Below, piece by piece: positions 54,780-64,000 of a stretch of DNA of 64,000 bases (the first letter of the stretch is position 1; the number at the start of each line of letters is the position of its first letter). The position numbers and the translations under genes were made by a program. The notes under the pieces are model-generated. The model was not told the origin of the DNA. It saw only the letters and a program-made list of their open reading frames with translations, and searched no databases. The stretch spans positions 29,822,001-29,886,000 of the forward strand of contig OX597826.1 in assembly GCA_951406725.2 (NCBI GenBank). Direction: 5' to 3'. The DNA comes from Octopus vulgaris (lineage: Eukaryota).

Positions 54780-57655
54780 ACATATACATACAGACACGAT
54801 GATGATCTTTCAGTTTCCGTTTGCCATATACACTCTTAAATATTTATATTTTTAATATAAATATTTGTACTTATTCAGTCGGTGTCTTCTCCAAACCGCT
54901 AAGTTACGAAGACGTAGACAAAACAACACCGACTGTTAAGCAATGGTGGAAGACAAAAACAAATATAAGACACACATACGGCGGGATTCTACATAGTTTC
55001 CGTTGACCAAATTCACTCAAAAGACATTAGTCAACCGGGAATTATAGAAGAAGACTCCTACCCAGGTGCCATGCAGCGGGATTGAACTAGAAATCACATT
55101 GTTGCTACGCGAGCTTTGTAACCACAGAGCCACACCTACGCCTCTAATATATATGCAGCTTCTAAAATACAATTTAAGACTGAAGTCTGAGAAGAAAATG
55201 TCTGCTTTCTTTAAAAAGAATGTTAAACAAAAGAGCATTCTTGTCTCGAATAAGTGGGAAAAGTAACAACTACCACTATTGCTACGTTTAAAGATACCGA
55301 CATCTTTGGAGATTATGTGAAAATATGCGATAATACGTATTGGAAAATTTTATAATTACTATTGTACTGATGCGGTTATTGTGAAAAACACACTTAAGAG
55401 ATATCTGCAGTTATGTATCGGTATGAAATAATTGGTATGATAATCGTCAACAACTTGTGCTGCTGAATAGGATATTTAAATAAGGTAATAAGAAAATATA
55501 GTGAGAGCTGAACTACAGAAGAAACTCTACTTTACGCGACTGCTTCGGTCTTTAACTCATTATATATTAAAGAGGCCAAGCAGCATCCAGGTTACGACTC
55601 AGGCCGTGATATATTTATTATGAACAGACTATCATCATCCTACATTACTACATCTAGACAGACAAGTGATATTTGTTTGCAGCCACACATTAGAGATTGG
55701 TCCAGAACAATATGTTTTATCTCTAACCCATGACTGGGAGATGGAAATAGTCTAGATTTAGTTTTCATGAAATAATCTGCTTTGAAGCCCAAAACTTATG
55801 ATTATAAATTATTTTAAAGCATTTATTTTTATACATGACTGACACGCAAAGTATTGTTGTGAAATAAACTTTTCGATGAGTTCAAATATGTTTCGGATAT
55901 ATTTGCCCCGTGAAAAGGGTCATTTTCACTACAGTTTGCCACGGAGAAAAATTCTCGTTTTTGGTAAAAGGTGTAAAATGCCAAAGTTGTTTTGAGAGCG
56001 CCTCTTATGATCCAAAATGTGCATTTCGAACTCTTTGTGTTCTCCAATGAGGTGGCATTTAAAAGTGCTTAATTTTGATAATTTTAAATTAGCTAATTAA
56101 CTGGTTTTAATTTTTAACTAAGATCAAGCTACTTAGAAATGTATGAGAAATGTATAAGCTTGCGGAAAATTTTTGGGTAAAAAAACAAACATTAACTGTT
56201 TTGGAAAAGAAGTGAAATATAGGCAAACAACAACCGATGAATGTATTTATAGGCTATCTCTCTCTATATATATAAACGGCAAAATGTGTGCGTGTGTGTG
56301 TGTGTGTGTATGTCCTTTATACAAATCCACAATTTTTTAGTTAGAGGGCTCGCACTTTCTATGGTCATTCAAAACCGTCCAAGGATAGTCATGCACATCT
56401 TTACATTTCCCCAGTCACCCAGCAAAGCCATTAAAAATCAATAGAAGTGACTTTTTTACTAGCACTATGACCCTTCACCGCTTACAAACAGAAGGGTTAA
56501 GAACGAGAAATAGAAGAAAAGTTCCTTATATCTCTTCTTGATAAGGTTTAGCAAATTCAAACGTGAATATCAAGTCGTTGTTATTTTTCATCACCAGAGA
56601 ACACCGCCTTCTTTAGTTGATGTTTATTCATGGCACACATGATCCATCAGTGTAAGAGGACTTTGAGACACCATATTTTTCGACCTTATTGTGTGCCTTC
56701 TCAGTTAAGCTACCCCACCGGACCGATGAATCTTACAAGAATACAGACTCTTGTTTATAGAAATCAATAAACAAATTATTTGGTGATGCTTGCCTAAACT
56801 GATAATAATTAATGGAATGGGGTGCGTGTAGAATAGTGAGAAACCAAACAATGACGTATCCGTTCGTTCTCACAATACGTTCTCAGAGATCCGAACGTGA
56901 ATTTCTGATCGCTGTTATTTTTCCTCATAGGAGAAGTTTTCCTCCATTTTTGATGACGTGTCTTCAGAACACACGCGATTCCCCGGAGTAACGGGACTTT
57001 GAGACATCTCAGTCTTGCAAGTTAATTGAGTGTCTCTTCAATCAAAGCTCTCCCGATCGGATATTCCAGACCGAATCTACTTTAATCTATTACGAAAGAA
57101 TAGACACGCTATTGTTAAGATTCTGCGTGGACTTCAGGAATTATTTCCTAGTATTTCTAAGTTCCCAAAACTGGTTACGTGTAACTACTTTAGACAGAAA
57201 ATTAAAATATAGCAATATTTTTAACGATGGAAAATATATTTTAAATTCTTAATTAGATAAAAAGAAAATTGTGGAAATATATTAAATCTAGGTTCATTTA
57301 CAAAAATAATGTACCCGAAGTAATTTGTAATTAATTGATAATCGATTAATTCTTAATGATTTGGACAATGCAACAAATTTTACAACTTTTTTTAAGCTTT
57401 TTTTAAATTACATTTGTTATTAATGCAACAGGCATTAACACTGATTTTGTTAATGGTAATTTTTTTCGATCAAAGTTAGGTATAAACTTTACATACGGTA
57501 TCATTACTGATTATCTTTCAAAATTGAATATATATATGTGTGTGTGTTTGTGTGTGTGTGTGCGTGCGTGTGCGTGTGTGTGTGTGTGCGTGCGTGTGCG
57601 TGTGTGTGTGTGCGTGCGTGCGTGTGCGTGTGTGTGTGTGTGTATGTGTGTGTGA

Positions 57656-57863
57656 GACAATTAGTTGGTTGTCATAATAAGACTCAAAGTTCCGGATATC
57701 GGGGCTGAAGTCTGCTCCGGCATTTCATCAGTTATCTGCGTTTTTGTCTTAATATCCGAAACTCTGAGTTTTATAATGACAACCAGCTAATTGTTACATA
57801 TATTCATAGATAAATTCCTCTATTTTACATAATATCGAGGTTTCATTCATTCTTTTGTTCTCA
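57656..57863. mobile_element. Older family P1 copy with inverted arms and decayed CTGATGA-core HHR (minus strand)
   Basis: Arms at about 57656-57699 and 57753-57795. Minus strand agataa-CTGATGA...GGAA-ctttga-GTC-ttat. The P1 tail follows. Confidence 0.65.
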
Positions 57864-58038
<175 letters not shown>

Positions 58039-58732
58039 TATCTGATGCAAGTACTATCAATCAGGATTTTTTATAACAAACTTATGAGGTAAAATCGCAG
58101 AACCATTCTTTAAAGTTTAAATGTCTTAATAAGTCAGGAAATATAACTTACATAGGCACGGGTATGACTGTTTGGTTAAAAAGATCGCTTGCCACACTGT
58201 GGTTCCAGGTTCGTTCCCACTGCGCGTTAACTTGGACAAGTGTCTTCTGTTATAGTCTCGGGTCAACTAGTAATTTGTGAGTGAATTTAGTAGACGGAAA
58301 CAGTTTACAATTTTCACTGGCAAGGACAAATCTTCTAAAACAGATTCGGAAAATTCGAAGGGGCGCTTTGGTATACTGGTTAGACTTTCTGTCATATTAA
58401 CAGATGTGGTTTCGTTTCCGGGGACAGTGCGCGGGGTTTTTGTTTTTCTATCCAAAATATATTTTTTAATCCAATATTTTACACAATATTATTTATTATC
58501 TATTTCGAGTTCCATGGTTAAAAATAATTTAGTTCATCTCTTCAAAGTTTCTGACTATGCTTATGTAAACATCTTATAATTCTCGCTAGTAAGAACTAGT
58601 AAACTTCTAAAACAGATGGAGAAAATGCAAAGGTGTGCTTTGGTGTAATGGTTGAAAGATCTGCAATGCTTACAGGAGACGTCGTTCTGAGACCCATGGA
58701 CAGATTTCGTTTTCTTCTTTCCATTCAAGAAC

Positions 58733-59244
58733 TGGGTGGAGGTGCTTATCTCCCTTGTTTGAAAACTTAAGGACACAGAGGACTTGTATCACATAGCCAA
58801 CTGGAACGATGTTTCCTGGGGCTAAATAGCAGTAGCATTCTTCCTTTTCATGGGACTGCCACATGAAGTTGGCAACAAACTATCTCTTTATCGCGCTGCT
58901 CCTGTATACGTCCCCCTGAGAGATTTAGAAATGCAATATTTCTAATTTTGTAGGTCAGTGAATTTATTTCACTTGAAATTATATAAGTTTTCAAAGGCGA
59001 ATAAGCATCAAGAGCTAGGAAAGCAAGTTACTACAGACTGATGAAGAACAATAACTCTGAAACTAGTCTCTGGATACTGGCTTTGCTGGGTGGAGATGCT
59101 TATCTCCCCTGTTTAAAATCTTAAGGACACAGAACGCTTGTATCACATAGCCAACTGGAAACGATGTTCCCTGGGGCTAAATAGCAGTAGCATTCTTCCC
59201 TTTTATGGGATTGCGACATTAAGTTGGCAACAAGCCATCACTTT
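58733..59244 (+). mobile_element. Non-coding HHR element with partial tandem repeat (period 354) and 10-bp target-site duplication
   Basis: 58732-58891 resembles 59086-59246. ATTCAAGAAC occurs at 58723-58732 and 59245-59254. Confidence 0.8.
59034..59072 (+). ncRNA. Minimal type I hammerhead ribozyme
   Basis: caga-CTGATGA-aga(acaataac)tct-GAAA-cta-GTC-tctg, with palindromic stem III ACTAGT. Confidence 0.85.
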
Positions 59245-59619
59245 ATTCAAGAACGATTTTACACCTAATATTCAGCGCTTTGTCATTTAAAGTTTTGTCT
59301 ACTTCGAGTTCCACTGCTAAAGAGAATTTACTATATATTTCTAAACCTAATCCTGATACAAGTATTTGTGTGCAAGACAGAATGAACAGTCAAATTATAT
59401 AGCATAACAACACTTCAGCAGTGTATTGAGTATTCAGTCAAAACAGTTTGAAGCAGGTATATGATAATCGATCAAATGGTTTAACGTCTGTCTTTTACAT
59501 AAATGAATTTTTATCGATTTATTTTTGGTTGAAAAATTTCATAGTTTTTGCTCTTTGATTGTTATTTTAAATATAAACTTAATATCTGCATTTTGAGATT
59601 CTTTGCATCATCTTTTATT

Positions 59620-59650
<31 letters not shown>

Positions 59651-59848
59651 TTATTGTAATAATATTTAAAATGCTTAGCGGTATTTCGTTCGTCTTCACG
59701 TTCTGTGTTCAAATTCCGCCGAGGTTGACTTTGCCTTTCATTCTTTCGAGGTCGATGACATAAGTACCAGTTGTACACTGATGTCTATGTAATCGACTTA
59801 CCCCCTTACGAGAACTTGTTGGCCTTGAGCCAAAATTTGAAACTATTG

Positions 59849-60210
59849 TTCTACATAGTTGATATCGAGTACCACTTTGACCCAAGAATAATCAAGAAGG
59901 AAGGCGAAAAATAGATAAATACTACCCTCTTAAGTATGAGATAACCCGGCTATGGGAACTGAAGAAGGTAAACATAGTACAAGTTATTGCTGAATCGTTG
60001 GGGTCAGTATCAAGAGGAATATAAAGGAAATCGGAATAGAATGCCCAGTAGAACTGTTACGAAAGGTTTGCCTCCTTGGCATTGCCAGAATAGTCAGGAG
60101 CGTATTAGATAGCTGAAAAGAACAGATAGTATGGTACTGTACGTCGCAGGCAGCAAGACTGCTACACATGCGTGATTCCAGAAGTTTCAACAAAACCTGA
60201 GTTAGAAAGA

Positions 60211-60268
<58 letters not shown>
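59849..60268 (+). pseudogene. R4/Dong-like LINE 3' end (restriction-like endonuclease) with (TAA)n tail
   Basis: IVDIEYHFDPRIIKKEGEK/DKYYPLKYEITRLWELKKVNIVQVIAESLG...LLRKVCLLGIARIVRSVLDS*, then about 95 nt of UTR and (TAA)n. Confidence 0.8.
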
Positions 60269-60269
60269 G

Positions 60270-60482
60270 ATTTCAAATTTTTGCCACAAAGGCAGCTTGG
60301 GGGAAGGGATTAAGTCGATTACATCGACCCCAGTGTTTTCACTGGTACTTAATTTATCGATCGCAAGAGGATGAAATGTAAAGTCGACCTCGGCGGAATT
60401 TGAACTCGGAACGTAGAGACGGGCAAAATACTGCTATTCATTTCGCCCGTTTCTCGCTAACGTTTCTGCCATCTCGCCACCT
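60270..60482 (-). mobile_element. SINE family A copy
   Basis: Full head-to-tail match to 301-530, flanked by (TAA)n. Confidence 0.85.
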
Positions 60483-60509
60483 TTAATAATAATAATAATA
60501 ATAATAATA

Positions 60510-60607
<98 letters not shown>

Positions 60608-61027
60608 ATTAGAAACATCCTTTGAATTCTGCATCATTCCAATGTCTTGCTAAGTGTCACCTTGATATCTGAGGCAAAATTTGATAATACGCACATTTGA
60701 TAATCATTGGCTTACAACTGTCACAATAAGGACATAAACGAAGCAGTACATATTTTTGAAATGTATTTAAATAATGCCCTACTCAAGACATGTCAGTTAT
60801 TATTTTCTGTATTTCTTGCTGTGGGGTGGCTTTTCATGAACCAAATCCAAATACTTTCCTGTTCACTTTTTTACCATTCCAAATATACCGACTATCAATG
60901 GTATTGTACAGCTCTTAAGATGCTACATTTTTTAAATTTCAATAGTCAAATCTTTATATTTACTGAGCTATCGGAACTCTTTCCAGAAAATATCACTATC
61001 AGGCGGTATGCATACACACACATATTG

Positions 61028-61105
<78 letters not shown>

Positions 61106-61113
61106 CACACACA

Positions 61114-61171
<58 letters not shown>

Positions 61172-61414
61172 CATATATACGACAATACATTACCAACGCC
61201 ACAGCTAGGACCAGCCCCAAAGTCGGATCTACGATTTAAATTGGAATTGGTACTTGCATACCTCCAATATCCTACTAACTCGTGATGACTTCAATGTTCT
61301 TTTCCTCGATGTGAGCTCTATGTTATTGTACCTAACCAATTTTTGGCGTCCAACAAATTGATGTGCCTTGATTCTAAGGAATCTTTCTAACTAAATCACA
61401 CATACACACACACG

Positions 61415-61445
<31 letters not shown>

Positions 61446-61709
61446 GCAAAAAATACACATGCAAACACACACCTAGCGTTAATAACCATCAGATTATTAA
61501 TAACTGACCAACTAACCTGAGAAGTGATATTTCAGCATTTGCTGCGCATATCTTAGTGTACAGGGATATGAAATATGTTACGTATCTAGATATTATATAT
61601 TTTCAAGGTGGTGCTCCAGCATGACCACAGTCCAATGACTGAAACTAGTAAAGGGATAAAGAGATATCTTTATATTTATATACATATATATATACATACA
61701 TATATATAT

Positions 61710-62832
61710 GTGTTCGTACTCATTTTGCCCCGCTGCTTGGAATTTTATTTTAATTCTCTCGCAGGAAGTCCTAGTGGATTAGTGTTCTGTCTCTGCCTTC
61801 GAAACATGCTTGACTCTACTAGCGACAGCTGATGACGGGGGTTTTTTTCCTTGTGTAGCACGTCCTGTAACTGTTTTTTTCGTTTTCTTGTTTTTTGTTT
61901 TTTTGATTTTCCCGTTTCTACGTCTTATTGTGGTGTCCTGTACTCACGTATAATTATTTATATATGCATGTATATATACATGTAGATGTAGGTACGTACA
62001 TATATGTTTGTATGTATGCATATATTTTTATTTATCACATTATTGTCTGACAGCGCCCTGCGTCAGGTTCGTTCCGATTCGTCATTTTGTTCCACCTCTT
62101 GGTTCCTGTTTTTTTTATATTATTACTATATTTAAGACGCGGAATTCTCTCTCAATTTTCTCCCTTTGCTTTACCCTCTCCACTCTCTCTCCATCCCTCT
62201 CCTCTTCTCCTCTCTCTAGTCGCGTGTCCCCCTCCTCCTTCCTTCTTCCTTACTGCCAGCCTATAAAATTTTCTTTTACACGTTGCTCTTACTACTGAAA
62301 AGACTGCCTCCCACGCGCTGCTACAGTATCCTTCGTCTATGCAAAAAAAAAGGGCTTTTTCGTTCGTGCTCTTGTGTGTTTGATTTCCTGTATCGTATTC
62401 TCTTTTATTTTCTCGTTTTGTATTTATTTGTATTTTTTGCACATGTATTTTTATTTTTGCAGTTTTATTGTTAAGTCCTGTTCGTGTTCGTACTCATTTT
62501 GCCCCGCTGCTTGGAATTTTATTTTAATTCTCTCGCAGGAAGGCCTAGTGGATTAGTGTTCTGTCTCTGCCTTCGAAACATGCTTGACTCTACTAGCGAC
62601 AGCTGATGACGGGGTTTTTTTTCCTTGTGTAGCACGTCCTGTAATTGTTTTTTTCGTTTTCTTGTTTTTTGTTTTTTCGTTTTCTTGTTTTTTGTTTTTT
62701 TGATTTTCCCGTTTCTACGTCTTATTGTGGTGTCCTGTACTCACGTATAATTATTTATATATGCATGTATATATACATGTAGATGTAGGTACGTACATAT
62801 ATGTTTGTATGTATACATATATTTTTATTTAT

Positions 62833-62836
<4 letters not shown>
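61710..62836 (+). repeat. Direct repeats of about 330-350 bp with a 444-bp spacer, between microsatellites
   Basis: 61710-62039 and 62484-62836 are near-identical; the second has a small internal duplication. Confidence 0.85.
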
Positions 62837-62883
<47 letters not shown>

Positions 62884-62939
62884 TTGGAAATGGATGCATG
62901 GCGTTCAATTAAATAATAAATAGCAAATTATATACATAT

Positions 62940-63907
62940 TGTTGTGAATGGTTCGGCTGGTGCAGTACTTCTTGACCTACTTTGTTGGGGGTGGAGTCTG
63001 AAAGTCTACAGTACAAAATTATAGTCCTTTGTTTACGGAAGAGTGATGGCTTTTGGAGGGACCCCTACCCTTTTGCCGGTCAAGAAATGGTCAGAGAAAC
63101 TACCTTATAAAAAGGAGCTGGGAGTCTGTAGATCAGTTCCGGCCGGAGAGAGGGAAAGAGCAGTCGGTATTTGGAATTCAGGGCAAGCGGTTGGCAGGTT
63201 GGATTTAGGAGCGAGGATTTGGAATTCAGGGCAAGCGTTTAGCAAGTTGGAGTTAGCGGTAGTGAGAAAGATGGGGTGCAATATGAGACACTGGCTATTC
63301 TAGTAGGAACTAAGGTACGTGAATTGTGTATTGATATGTGAAGAAAAAGAAGGAAAAAGAATCGATGTAAAGAGACTGTTGAAAAGAAATGAGACAGTGT
63401 ACAGAGTTGTTAAAAAGGAATTTAATGAACAATGTGAACTGTTGTGAATTGAACATTGATTTGTAACGTGAACTTATTTGTCTACGAACATTGTATATGC
63501 CTTTAATGTGTTTTGAAACAGAACTGTTGTCTCCAGACAGTTTAAATGCTTTGATCTGTGGTATGATGTATTCACTTGTTGTTTAATTAGACGTGTACTC
63601 TTGAAATGCTGTTGTTATTGCATTTGATGTGTTGTTACTTGCATGTTTAAATGCTTTGATGTATCTTGATATGTAATTGATGTTGTAACAATTGTAATAG
63701 TCATATAAACTAGTTGTTAAATGTAAGCCAATTGCCTTGCCTCTTTGTGTCTCTCTCGGTTGCCTCTGTATCTCTTCTTGCTGCTGCTACTGTTGTTGTC
63801 TATCTCTCTCCTCTCCGAGTTTCCGTGGCGAACTTATTCGCTGATCGAACGGGCCTTTGTGAGGGATTCCGTAACAGCTTTTGTTCGACAGAGGTCCCCT
63901 CGTAACA
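62940..63907 (+). mobile_element. Solo LTR (Gypsy-like)
   Basis: TGTTGTG...CGTAACA termini, ATAT on both flanks (62936-39 and 63908-11), and TATAAAAAGG at about 63106. Confidence 0.7.
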
Positions 63908-64000
63908 ATATATTACATGAAGAGCATTACTGCACGTAAATGACTCACGCTGTGATGGAGTCTTAAAGTCCAAACTACCGTAATAAATATACGGTGCATC

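Noticed and set aside
56555-57010. Diverged duplication at about 333-nt spacing as a coding repeat
   Set aside because: Similarity is visible (AACGTGAAT...GTTATTTTTC...GGACTTTGAGACA), but I found no consistent reading frame or family assignment.

Overview
AT-rich, microsatellite-saturated, non-coding animal genomic DNA. The SINE, LINE and microsatellite content looks like a coleoid cephalopod (Octopus-like); this is an inference from remembered repeat families, not a database result. No host protein-coding exon could be supported, and nearly all listed ORFs are translations of simple repeats. Recognisable content: two or three tRNA-derived SINE families in many copies; decayed Tc1/mariner, hAT and Helitron elements; CR1-like and R4/Dong-like LINE fragments; three Penelope-like element (PLE) fragments; a solo LTR; and an 18S rRNA pseudogene with a 5' inversion. 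The main signal is about a dozen type I hammerhead ribozyme (HHR) motifs in several unrelated, mostly (TA)n-embedded non-coding elements. These include a 490-nt-period retrozyme-like unit with two intact HHRs, a tRNA-headed SINE carrying an HHR, long palindromes, and candidate non-canonical cores (G3-C8 swap, U4C). All HHR calls were made by eye and none has been tested for cleavage.
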